From assembly GCF_036321535.1 (NCBI RefSeq), contig NC_087436.1, forward strand, positions 19,780,001 through 19,844,000: DNA of 64,000 nt. Reading direction: 5' to 3'. The translations under genes and the position numbers were made by a program. Source of the stretch: Camelus dromedarius. Lineage: Eukaryota. The notes under the pieces were generated by a model. The model had not been told where the DNA came from, made no database searches, and saw only the letters and a program-made list of their open reading frames with translations. Of this stretch, positions 25,775 to 38,000 are shown piece by piece (positions within the stretch are counted from its first letter, which is position 1; every line of letters begins with the position of its first letter).

Positions 25775-26170
25775 CATCCCATTTCTCAACCTGCATGTTA
25801 GAAAATTAGAAGTCACCACTCCATCCCAACAAGTAAAAAGCTGAACAATCTGGAAAACCAACAACTCTTCTGAGATCCGTTGGAGAATTAATATGCCAAG
25901 AAATGAGATAAATAGAATCATATAAAATGCTCAATTAAACCTACAAAAGTAGGATAAGTGTGGAAAACAAAAATAGGAACAAAGAACAAGGGCAATAAAC
26001 AGAAAACAATAACAATATGGTGGATATTAACCCAACTTTATAATCACTTTGAATGTCAATGGTCTAAATGCGACAATTAAGACAGAAATTGTTGGCACAG
26101 ATCAAAAAGTAAGACCCAACTGTATGTGGTCTACAAGAAACCCACTTGAAATAAAAAGATACACATAGAA
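25775..26170 (+). mobile_element. Old L1M 5' end plus ORF1/ORF2-junction fragment
   Basis: 'aacaagtaaaaagctgaacaat', 'aatcactttgaatgtcaatggtctaaat', 'aagacccaactgtatgtggtctacaagaaacccactt' (endonuclease N-terminus relic). Confidence 0.7.
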
Positions 26171-26860
26171 GCGTTCCAAAGTCCTATGATTAGGTCTCAG
26201 TCTTTTAGTGAGCCTTTGCCTTTGGACTGTGAACTTCATGTGTTTCTCAGTTTTTTTGCCCCACTTAGGTGTGTCAGGATGGCTAGAATGAGCTGGATTG
26301 GGGTATTTCCCTTCCTCAGGTCAGTTAGGCTTTGGGAATACCCCAGGCAACTAGATTCTGATTAGCTAGCTTCTCCTGAGGGCAGGTCTTGTTAAGAAGA
26401 ACAGAGCTCTGTGGCATTATTTCCAAACCGTTCCTTTTCCCCTCCCTCTGCAAGAAGCATGAAGGATTTTTTTCTATGATGTTTGCTGTGGGAATCTGGT
26501 TTAGCTCCTGGAGATGTAATTCAGAATATTGTGGGGCCTCCTCATGACTGGGTGCCCCTGGAGTTTTTAACACCTGAGCTTCCAGCTGTTCATCAATTAC
26601 AATTCCGTTTTCCGACCCTCACACTGGTTCTTTCTGAGATTTCCACTTGCTCCCGAGTTTCTGCTCTGGTAAACCCTGACTCCCTGTTTTCGCCTATCTG
26701 ACTCTCCAGTCTTGAGGGCAGCAGTTTGCTCTGTGTCCTCCCTTCTCTAGTAGATCCAAGAAGAATTGCTGATTTTTTCATCAGTTTAGCGTTATACTTG
26801 TTATTAGGTCAGAGTGACCACTTCGCAGAGCCTTACAGGTGGAACCAGAAACCAGAAATC
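26171..26860 (-). mobile_element. Old L1M (L1MC/MD-like) 5' UTR
   Basis: 'ggtctcagtcttttagtgagcct...gggtatttcccttcctc...cagtttgctctgtgtcctc...aaccagaaaccagaaatc'. Confidence 0.7.
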
Positions 26861-26864
26861 TACC

Positions 26865-27870
26865 GTTTTATTCACAATTGCCCAAACTTGGAAGCAGCCA
26901 AGAGGTCCTTGAGTAGACGGATGGATAAATAAACTGTGGTACATCCAGACAATGGAATATTATTCAGCACTAAAAGAGAAATGATCTATCAAGTCATGAA
27001 AAGACATGGTGGAAACCCGAATGTGTATTACGAAGTGAAAGAAGCCAATCTTAAAAAGGTTGTACAGGTCTCTCCCAGTTTTGAAAGTTCCCTTTATGCC
27101 ACTTCGCTTTTATGAAAGACCCGTATTTAGTGCCTGTTTTCACTAACAGAAAGAAATCCAAAGAGGATTTTCACTTTTATGGGAAAAAAGGGAAAAGCAA
27201 ATATAGTGTTCCATGCTTGTTTCAAGGCAAACAAGCCCCTTCCCGGGAACCCCACTCAGCATGTCGGCATCAAACCGTCATTGCTTTGAACTGTCTCTTA
27301 GCATCTGTGCTTCTTCTCAACTTATTTTGTGCTTCCATTAACAGGATGTGTCCCAAAGCAGTTGCTTTTTCACTTTATGCAATTTTGGTTTACAAAAGTT
27401 TTCATAGGAACTACTCTTGGATATCAGGGGAAATTGTATATTGTGTAATTCCAACTATATGACATTTTGGAAAAGTCAAAATTGTGGAGACAGGAAAAAG
27501 ATCAGTGGCTGCCAGGGGCTGGGGGAAGGAAGGGATGAACAGGCAAAGTGCAGAGAAATTTTTGAGCAGGGAATCTATTCTGTATAATATATAATGGTGG
27601 ATGCATGTCATTATACATTTGTCCAAACCCATAAAATGTACAGCACCAAGAGTGAAACCTAATAGAAGCTTTGGACTTTAGAGATAATGATGTGTCAGTG
27701 TAGGTTCATGGGTTGTAACAAATGGACCACTGTGCTTCAGAATGTAGACAGTGGGAGATGTTGTACACATATGGGGACAGAGGTCATATGGGAATTCTGT
27801 ACTTTCTGCTCAATTCTGCTGTGACCCAAAAACTCCTCTAAAAGATCAAGTTTATTAATCAAAAAAAAAA
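26865..27870 (+). mobile_element. L1MC-like 3' end, interrupted by a Tigger element
   Basis: 'aaactgtggtacatccagacaatggaatattattcagc...aagaagccaatc' continuing after 27438 as 'tgtgtaattccaactatatgacatt'. Confidence 0.8.
27065..27436 (+). mobile_element. Non-autonomous Tigger-type DNA transposon (Tigger1a_Art-like)
   Basis: TA|caggtctctccc ... ggggaaattg|TA imperfect TIRs; cleanly splits the L1MC. Confidence 0.7.
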
Positions 27871-29349
27871 GATAAGGTGGTTTATGTTTCAGCATCTGAA
27901 ACCTATGATTGGATGGATGGGGGAGTAGTTTTCAGAACAGTAGGCAGAGAATGATCCTTTTGTATGGGTAAAAATGTCTAGAAGGTCGTGATTCAATGGT
28001 TAATAGTACTTTTCTACAAGGAGCAGAATTCCATTGTGGGAGGCAGGGAAGTTGTTGGATGGTGGACTTCCACTTTCTATGTTAAATACTTCCTTATTAT
28101 TTAAACTGATTTTTTTTAAAGCTTGTGTTACTTTTATAACTAAAATTTTCATTTTAGAACAATCAAAAGAACGAAAAATAAATTGGCAAATACATAAAGG
28201 AGTCTTTCCAGGCAAGCCTCTTTGGGGTCTCCATTGTTTTTCTCTCTTGTCAGGAAGAAATAGTATCTCCCAGGTTGTGAAAGTTAAGCCATGGGATCCA
28301 TGTAAATCGATTCCTCCAGTGCTTTGTATGAGTCACTTTTCATTCCTTCGTGCCCCTTCCCAATTGTCTCCCAGCCCCCATCTTCTCTTCCCTCCAATGC
28401 CCCCTCCTAGCTCCAAAATCTCCAAACTCCTGTCACTCTCTGTCTAACACCCCCTCTGCCTTCCATTCTGCTGCCACCACTTTCAACTCACCCCATCCCC
28501 ACTGCACAAGATGGTTACATTTTATGCAAAGAATGTATTCCTGGAGACCTCATATAATTCAAAACTTACATAATTCAAGCCTGCTTTTCCCACAGGACTG
28601 AATATAAAGTGTGTGCAGGAGGGGGAATGAATCTTGAAGTGCATAAATCTGCAAACATGGTAATGTATATTTGCTTTAAGATTGCTTTTTACTTTCCCTG
28701 TATTTTCTCTAATATTTTGAAGTGCTCTCTCTTAAATTAACAGCACAGAGCATCATGGTAGTTGTTTGGCCTTCTCAACAGAGATTTAGCACATCCAAGT
28801 TCTATTCCAAAGTCCCCGACTTTCCTGAGTGTTTTACAGCTCTGCCTCTTAATGAACTCTTGGATGACCTTGTTACAGGATTATAGGTTGGATATAAAGA
28901 AGATTTTAAATTATAATGGCAGCAAATGTTAAAATAACAGAGAAGCCATCAGGTCCCTCACAGACGTTCCCAGGCAGGTAAGGAAAGAGCTACGGTTCAC
29001 CGAGCACTTACAAAGGATGATGGTGAAGGCGATGCTGCCGTGTGACCACAGAGCAAACACAGCTTCCCGGCCACTCAGCCCACCAGCTCTGATAGTGTGT
29101 GATCTTTGATGAAGGCTTTTAAGGTGGAGGAGAGGGGAATTCAAATTAGCTTCAATTTTTAACAAAAGTGCCAGTGGTTTATGTAGCACTCATTCAATTT
29201 TATGTATCTTTAATAAAATGCTCTGCATATGGAGAAACTGTCTTTTATCTTAGCTTGGTCTTCAAGGCTCTTCTAGCTTCTGTCTACATCTCCCAACTTT
29301 CTCTCCTTGCCAGTCCCATCCCCAGCCATACTGACACTTGTTTTCACCT

Positions 29350-30100
29350 ATCATAGTATGTTTTTATTAGTTTTAAATAGTCCAATTTAGAAATGAAGAT
29401 AATACAAGTAAACAAAAATAAAATTAAAATTACCAATAATTTCATCACACGGAAGTGTTTATTATTGATATTTGGATGCACTTCCTTGCAGTCTTGTGCT
29501 ATCTACATGTACACTGAAATCATAGTATGCATATTTTATTTTGTCTTGTTCTCTAGGGGGAGATAATTAGGTTTTTGTTTTTTGGTTTTTTGGGGTTTTT
29601 TTGATGGAGGTACTGGGGAATGAACCCAGGACCTCACACCTGCTAAGCACACACTCTACCACTGAGCTATATTCTCCCCACCACATATGTGTATTTAATG
29701 CATAAATTTTTAATCCAAAAGTGATAATTCAGTAATATCATTCTGCAGCATATTCATTTCATCTTATGACATCATTCATTGTTCTTCATTATTTTGTTAC
29801 AAACTTGGTGGTCTTCCACTAAATGCATGGTCAAGAATAGATTGAAATCATCTTATATTTTTGAACATTTAGACTGTACAAATTTGGGTTATTGTGAACA
29901 ACACTGAAATGAATATTCTTGTTGCTGGATCTTTGCAAACTCCATGACTATTTCTTAAAAATAAATGCCTGCAAGTAGAATTTCTGGGCCAAAGGGGATG
30001 AACAATTTCAAGGCTTTAAATATGCATTGCCAAATTGCCCTAGGAAGTTGGAAACAATTTGTACTCCCCTTAGAAATATCTGCGAGTCACTGCATACTCC
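29350..30100 (-). mobile_element. Old L1 (L1ME-like) 3' region
   Basis: 'ttgaacatttagactg', 'aagtagaatttctgggccaaaggg', 'attgccaaattgccct'. Confidence 0.55.
29537..29685 (-). mobile_element. Vic-1 type SINE
   Basis: 'ggaggtactggggaatgaacccaggacctc...ctctaccactgagctata'; TSD tatg(ca/tg)tattt. Confidence 0.9.
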
Positions 30101-33100
30101 TAGCATGTGAGCTTTCGAATTCATCTATCTTCTTCTAATTCATGTATCTTCCAAATTCAGATTGTGGTGCAAGAAAACCCTCCCCCCCAAAGAAAGCCAT
30201 ATTAATTTGTTATATTCTAAAGTAACTTCCTATTAGTAGAGCATGCCTGGAGCCCTCCATGGACGCTGCTCGGTTCTTTCTTAGACTGTAAGTTCTGAGA
30301 ATGCACACAGTGTGTATGCATAAATCTCTCTTGGTACAGGACCACATAGAAACAGACTCTAAAATGTCAAAAAGCATTTATTAAGTGGGCTGATAAATGT
30401 ATTTCTCTTGCAGACCTGATGTAAGATATTTGTCTTTCCTTGGTCTCCTGTTGATGGCTTATTCACAGTAATTGATGGCATGGTTGAGTGTGTCTGTGTG
30501 TGTGTGTGTATTGTTTTGCCTTGATTGTTTAATTTTTAATTGATGGATATGTGCTTCTAGCCTTTTGATGGGTGCCTTTTATAAAATATTTAAAATCAAT
30601 GAATTAATCTGTGGTACCTCAGAGATTGGATATATGAGTCCCCTTGTGGAGACTGAGTCTATTCTGGTGAAATATAAAAAATGGCACTCGATTATTTCTC
30701 AGATCATCCAATACTAAGTGGCAGTGGCAAGATCACTGGTAAATACACACAACAGGACCCAAGTTCATGTGGGAGATAACTGTCTCTTCTCATGAGCCTT
30801 GTTTCTGTGTCTTTTATTTAAGATTAGCATTTTGCAAAGAGTCCCACTCAAAGTTCTTTCTCTTCCAAGCATATAACTCATGTGTATTTTGCTCTGCGGC
30901 TTCCAAGCAAGAAACTAGAATTAGTAAAACAACAACTCTCTCTCTCTATGCCTCTCTTGTGGGATATCTGGCAATCTATCTAGAGATAGTCAATCCATTA
31001 AGGAATTGATCCATCCGTTCATCTAAGTCATCCACTTAGAAAATGCCCAGTTAGTTAACAAGTATCCCATACCAAGAGTCTGGGTAAAAGTCGTATGACA
31101 AAGACTCACAACAATTACCATCAAATCACATTAGCAAGTATATATGCTCCTCGCTTTGGACACTCCCAAACCTTGCCTTCAAGTGCCAGAGGAAACCCCT
31201 TAGGAGATGCCATTCTCTAAACTGGGGCCATTTTCTCAAAGTGTTGGTTCCTGCTGCAGGCTCTTACTGGGAGGTGATTACTGCTGTCTCCTAGAACAGT
31301 GGGAGGGAGGGAGGGGCTGAGTAACCTCACAGCTACGAAAGGATTCTGAAAGGGCCAAAACCTGAAATGAATAACCCTTTCTCTGAAGGCTCACTCAAAT
31401 GGAAGAGGTCACTACTTAGACAGTATTACCACTGCCCCGCACCCACACCCTGATCAAGGGAAACCTTCCCGTCAATTGCAGCTTCCAGCTGAATTTACCT
31501 TTGTTATTACAAATACTCTGTTCCTTTCCTTGGACTTTTTGTAGATCAAGCCTAGTAGCTGCAAGGGGTGACAGTGAACAAGAAATCCGATTTCCGCACT
31601 GACAGCAATAATGTGATTGGGGTTTTGCCATAAAAATCCCAGCACCGATCATGGGTCCAGCCATGGCTCTATCTGCCTGTGAACATGTCAACAAACCCAC
31701 TGTGATCTGAGCGCCCTGCTGGCCCAACCCTCCTCATATCCTGAATTCCTAAACCAATTATCGAGAGAATGAAGATGATGAAAGACAAGCCATGAGAGAA
31801 AAGTCCGTCTTCGTCTGAAAGGGCGCCAAGCAAGTATGGAAGCTCTCCACCTCTGCTCCCATCTGGGCACCATTTCTCTGGCCCAGTTGTGGCAGGACTC
31901 CCGTGCGCCCATCTTAGACGAAGTGCATTGGTTTTCTCTCTTTACATCCCCCCACCCTTTTGGTTTTTCTGGAGATATTGAGCATCTTGGGAATTTGTTC
32001 TCTTTACTTGTAGACCACATGTTTGATTTTGAAAGCACCAGTCCCAGGTTAAAGGACTCGATAAAACATTGAGGGAAAATGATGTCTGTAGTGAGGTGGC
32101 AGGGAAAGTAAGTGCAGCTGCCATCCTGCATCAGCAAATGGCACAGCTGCCATCCTGACCAGAGAGTATTAGCTTTGCACTCCCAGGTGAACTCGTCTCC
32201 CCAGAAACAGAGCAGCCTTGGACAGTCCATTGCCTACAGACAACCTTCTCTCAGAGAAGACTTTCATTTCACTCTTTTTCAGAAATGAGACTCAACATAC
32301 CCAAGGATTTTGGTAAAGAATTAATGGTCCAGTAGAAAGAGGAATGTGCATACACTTGGGTCATAACATACAACTGGAGCCAAATGTCAGGTGCCAACGA
32401 ACATGTGCCATGATGGGCTCACCTTTGTGTTCTTGACCTGACTCTGCTTCTGGACCTGTTCTGCCCAAGTTGGAGCCATCTGCTGTGAAACACATCACCA
32501 CCACAGTGCTTTGTTCTCATCATGTATTACTCTCATACATGTGTTGCTTTAATGATATATTAACGTAATATATCATCAGAGCAAGGCCAACTGATGATAT
32601 AATATGGGAAGAATGGTGCCATTCAGAAAATGAAGCATTCAAGAAAAGATTCATTACAATTACAGGATAATAGCCAACATATGGGACTCTGGAACCTGTA
32701 ATCTTGGTCTGTTTTCTACAGCTGGATAAACACCTCCCTAGCTTCGCAGGCTTCCCCTGGCGCCCTGCACTCCATCAGGCACCAAATTCCATAAAGCACT
32801 GGTTGCTACATATTTTATAAACCCTTTGTACATTCTAACAATGTCTCCCATGAACCTTGGGGCACTGCAGGCTCATTGTATCCAGTTACATTGTTTTTAC
32901 TAGAAAGTCCCCCTTATTTACCCCTAACCATAAGAAACCAAGTAACACTGACCTCCGGACAGTCAGAACAGCATATCATCTCTCATTACAATAATCTGAA
33001 CTCCAGTCATTGTTCAACATTAATTATTGCCAAGGCTATAGCATTTTCTTGCTACTTGACAGTTGATCTTCATCCTATTATTAACCTGAGGTCAATTTAA

Positions 33101-35719
33101 TCCCAACCTCCAATTTCTGCACTATACAAACAATTTATTTTGGCTCTTTTTTTTCAACCACACAAAGACAAACAATGTCAGACTGCTCCATGTTGTTTTA
33201 TGCATTATGATGACTGGACATTTGTAAAGACATTCAGATATCGAAGTTTGGAAAGCACCCGTCAATGGGAGCTCTGGAAATGAGATGTCGTGGTGATATG
33301 TTTTCCTGTAGGAGAATTATATAAAAAAGGATTCAGAGAGAGTATGACTTCAGGACTTAAAATAAATTTTATTTTAGGATTATTCTTTCTATATAAGCCA
33401 AGAAGATTTATAGTCATTCTCTACTACACAAAACTCCCCACGATGGTATGGAATACCATACATTTAGTGTTCTTAAAGCCATGGCCAGCAATGATAGAAA
33501 AATTCTGACAATTTTGTCTGCCTATGAGTTCCTTTTTTCTCCTAGAAATCAGAAGTCTGAACATATAGGAGAAGGGAAGCTGGAATTCCTGCTGAGAAAT
33601 TTATTTGGTGTTCTTTATTCTTCTTGACCTCATGCTTATATTGAAATGCCAGAAATAACAGTTTGACACAGCAAGGGCCTCTGAAACAATAGCGTTTAAC
33701 GCATTTAACTGAAGAGTAAGTAAGCAGTGTAAGTGTAATCACAACCGATTAAAGCAATGCTTTGCAGAACTCTATTGAGTTCTCCTCTGCTAAATAAAAT
33801 ATAAAACCAAAAAAAGAAAAATATATAAAACTCAGGAAAGCATTCATTTAAAATTTTCCAGAGAATAAACACTCTCATGTACAAAAAAAGGTGTTTTTAT
33901 ATCCATGTATAAAATGTTACATATTAAAAATGATTAAAGTCAAAGAAGTAAAGAAATAAAATAAACATAAACAAATAAAAATACACACAAATAAGAAAAA
34001 CCTCTGTAGATGTATACATTAATATATCTTTATTTGGATTATAAGTATTTATGTGGCTTACCAAGCAGTTAAGATAAAAATTCAGGGTTCTCTGTTATGA
34101 CTTTGCATGGTGACAGAGTAATGACATTAAGTGGAGATGTGTAACAACTGTCCAGGCTGAACAATGGCACTTACTTTGTCTCTTGCTGCACCCACCAAAG
34201 AGGAGAAATTGAAATGCCTTGCCCTTGGCAGGAAGAGTGAAAATGTTTACTTTTTCCCAAACGATTTACTTGAGCAGCATTGGGAAACATGGCATACTGA
34301 ATTTGAGATTCTGACTTACTTCCATACGACTCAATGCAGAATGTGGGGCTGAGGTTACTTTACACGTGCAGCTGGCATCGGCATCGGATATCCCTTCTTC
34401 TACTGACCTTGAAAAATACGGGACTAGCTTCAGATCTGCCTCGGTGCCTCAGCTCCCAGGGAAGGCTCTGTGTCGCCCTCTATACCTTCAGTTACCACAA
34501 GACTCAAGGGCAGTAGTCTTGTTCTGAGTGTGGTACCAGTGCCAACAGCTTTCTCCCTTCCGGGAAGGAATCCGGTCCAGGGACAGGGCAAAAGTTCCCC
34601 TCTGTTGCTGAATTTAGGAATTAACAAAGTACAGTTGGGTAATAGAAGTCTCACTGGCATCCTGGCAGGAAACGGTCTGCATCATGGCCCAGTTAGCCAG
34701 GTCTGTCTGAAGTTCTGTGGGAACTCCAGGACAGAGGGCCCAAGGCCCGTCTTCCCAGACCCCTGAAGAGTCTGGAGTGGGGAGATAAGTCTGCAGTTAC
34801 CCCTCGGCCTTGAGAGAAAAGGACTCGACACACTAAGTCCTAGAACAAGCTGGAGACCATCTTGTCACTCTACCATCAGTTCTTAGAAAATGCAAAATTT
34901 TAGCAGGAAATGAATTCGAATTACAGTTCAAACATTGAGTATAAATTGAACTGTAACAGCTCACTTTTATTCTGATTTTTGGCAGGGGCCTACTTAGAAC
35001 TTTTATTTCAAAACCAGTATCGATAAAATCATTGTCTCCTTTTCCTCACCCTTCCTCCCAAATTCTCCTCAGCCCCCAAAACTCAGTCTGTTTCTTGGTA
35101 ACATAAAGATATAAGAATCTTAAGGGGAAAAGAAGTAGGAGTTCTGTGGCAGCCTTTAGTAAAGTATTCTTCAGCAAAGATCGTACAGACCTGCCAAAGG
35201 CAGCTGGCATTTCTCATGACAGATGTTGTTAACAATTTCATTGGAATCTCAGACACCTACTAAAAACTCTGAATTCAGTTAATACTGAATTTTTAAGTTA
35301 TTTTAAGTAAGTTCACAGTCAAACTCTAAGTTCTTCTACTCAGTGATGAATTTCTGCATCGTGCTAAAAACATCTATATTTTATATGTCAAATAAAAAAT
35401 GCTATTACCACATGCAAGGATGTCTGCACACCCCAAAGTATGGTGATTTCAAGTTAGATTTGTCTCGTTCCTGACAAACCACAGGTGAATATGGCAGTCT
35501 AGCTGAACTTGTCTATAATGAGGACGCAGAATGTTGACATTCACCAATCCCCACTACTGCCTTGGGGACAAGAGTCCTAAAGTTAACAAGGACTAATCAA
35601 CACCTTGATGAGTGCATAAGAATGTGTGGTGGCAAATTCTCTCCAAGATCTGGGACCACCTTTGTGCAATTCTATAAAATGATGCCCAGAATCAGGTTGT
35701 AAGACCTCTTGCCTTTAGA

Positions 35720-36115
35720 TGGGTGGCGGCCAGAGGTGGGAGGCTGGGGGTGGGCCAAACAGGTGGAGGCGGTCAAAAGGTACAACCTTCTAGTTGTAAG
35801 CTAAGTAAGTTCTTGGGGTGTGATGCATAGCATGATGACTACCGTTAACAATACTCTATTGTACATTTGAGAGTTGCTGAGGGTAAATCTCAGAAGTTCT
35901 TATCGCAAGAAAAAAGTTTGTAACCACGTGTGATGGTGGATGGTAACTAAATCCACTGTGGTGATCATTTTGCAGTATATACATATCATAACATAATCAT
36001 ATACATATATCTATGTAATCATATATATATATATATCATAACATAATCATCATGTTATACACCTAAAATGAATTCAATGTTACATATCAATTATATCTTG
36101 ATTAAACTAGAAGGG
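35720..36115 (+). mobile_element. L1MA-like 3' end
   Basis: 'ggtcaaaaggtacaaccttctagttgtaag...catagcatgatgactaccgttaacaatact...tcaattatatcttgattaaa'. Confidence 0.8.
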
Positions 36116-36743
36116 AAAATAAAAAAGTTCTCCTACCATATTTTCCCCAGAAGGATCAACACGTGATCTCATTCTTGGAAGACTTTGTACATGAAAATTC
36201 CACAGGAACAACCTAGCGTAGGTGGAATACCGTAAAATATGTGGGAGTGTGAGTAGAGAAGGGGGAGGAGTTCTTAAGCCTACAGCATTAAAGAGACAGC
36301 CTACGCCCCAGCCTTCTCTCCAACTACTGGCAAAGGGCCAATGTGGAAGGAAAGAGACGGGCCTCTTGTACGTTGGGTAAGGTGATGAGGTCTGGCTGCC
36401 CATGGAACTGAGTTGAGCCAGACCAGGAAAATTCTGGGACGATGAAATGTCACTCAAGAGTGGACATAATAAAACCTCAACCTCTCGTCAGGTTTGCCTT
36501 CAATCATCACATCCTAGAACTCACATTGGACACCTGCAGTCACAGGCCAACTTGAGCACAAAGTTTCATTTTCATGCAGTCTAGAGTCAATTTTACACAT
36601 TTATAAATGCACACATTTATCCTGCTTTCGCCAGTGTTGTTCTATTCATTCAAATATAACCTCGATATGCCACACACAGTAAGGCAGGTTAAAGAGAAAA
36701 GCTGGAAGAGATCTGATATAAAAAGCAAATAAAATTTAAGCTA

Positions 36744-37030
36744 CAGTCCTCCCTCAGTATCCACGGGGGATTGGTTCCAGGACCCCCTTGGACACCAAAA
36801 TCCACAGATGCTCAATTCTTCTATATAAAATGGGATCGTATTTCCATATTACCTACACACATCCTCCTGTATACATTAATTCATCTCCAAGTTATTTATA
36901 ATATCTAATACAATGTAAATAGTTGCCTGCACAGCAAACTCAAGTTTTGCTTTTTGGAACATTCTAGAATTTTTTTTCAAGTATTTTCAATTCCCAGTTG
37001 GTTGAATCCATGGATACAGAGGGCCAACTG
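36744..37030 (+). mobile_element. MER2/MER2B-like TcMar-Tigger MITE
   Basis: TA|cagtcctccctcagtatccacgggggattggttccaggaccc ... gatacagagggccaactg|TA. Confidence 0.9.
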
Positions 37031-37499
37031 TAACTTCTCAATGTGCTTTCATTGAGCACCAACTATGTAACCAGCTTAAAGAAGCCTCAAATCAAATTCA
37101 AAATGAAGTCATGGACCATTACTGTTCTTAATACATACACGTTTCCAAATTGCTTTCTAGAAGGATTCTGACAGTTGGCACTCTCACAAGCAATGGAAGA
37201 ACATTCCTGTATCATTATATGTTTTGCATTAAAATTAAAACCTTAGGAGAGTGTGGCACATAAGATGTATGTTATATAAATCCTCTGTCCCATAGCTTTA
37301 AATCTCTGACATTTTTAGATGGCAGAGTATCCAGCTCATAGCCTAGAGGGTGGAGCATCCCATCTTAAAACCATCAGAACTAGTTAGGTGAGCAGTAAAC
37401 CTAACTGTCTTGGCCATTTTCACATAAAAGCCAAAGTGCTTATGATCATCTTTCATTTAACTCCAAAAATCTATTGATTTGAAAATTTCCCTACACATC

Positions 37500-38000
37500 C
37501 ATGAGTTGCATGCAATGGTAATCATTATCTCCCCTCCCATCTTCAGAGATCCTATCCCCACTCATATCCTGATGAAGTGAGTGCCCCTGTTTTTATTAGG
37601 TGATCCAGACTCCATGGCCAAACCTAATTGGACAAAGAAGGAATAACTAACCCAAGCTGAGCCAATCAGATTCCTCCTGTCGCATTTTGGAACACTTTAA
37701 GAATAAGCTTCCAAGTGGCAGAAATCAGTCAGGTTGAGTCCAAATTTGACACCGTGAAAAGTCAAAGCTGCAATAATGGGGGAGCAGAAGTTAGGAGTGG
37801 TGAATAGGAAGACTGGCAGAAAGATGGGCCAGAGAGACACGCAGAGAGAAGACCATGCCAGCACTTGAGTCCAGCTGCCAAGTGACTGCCTAGCTCTTGC
37901 GAAGTCTTCCTGTACTTCCTGCCACCAGGTCCTCAGGGCTCTTTCTATGTCCTTAAAAGAGATGCCATTTTGTAGCTGAACCAATTTGATAAGAACAAAC
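37500..38000 (+). mobile_element. Ancient MaLR/ERVL LTR fragment
   Basis: 'acccaagctgagccaatcagattcc' and other MLT1K/LTR33-like segments. Confidence 0.4.

Noticed and set aside
31416..31727. ORF containing 'GPMIGAGIFM', reminiscent of SLC7 transporter TM1
   Set aside because: The similarity does not extend on either side and no further transmembrane segments follow
33790..33980. Five AATAAA hexamers clustered on the plus strand
   Set aside because: Low-complexity A-rich DNA with no identified upstream exon; expected by composition
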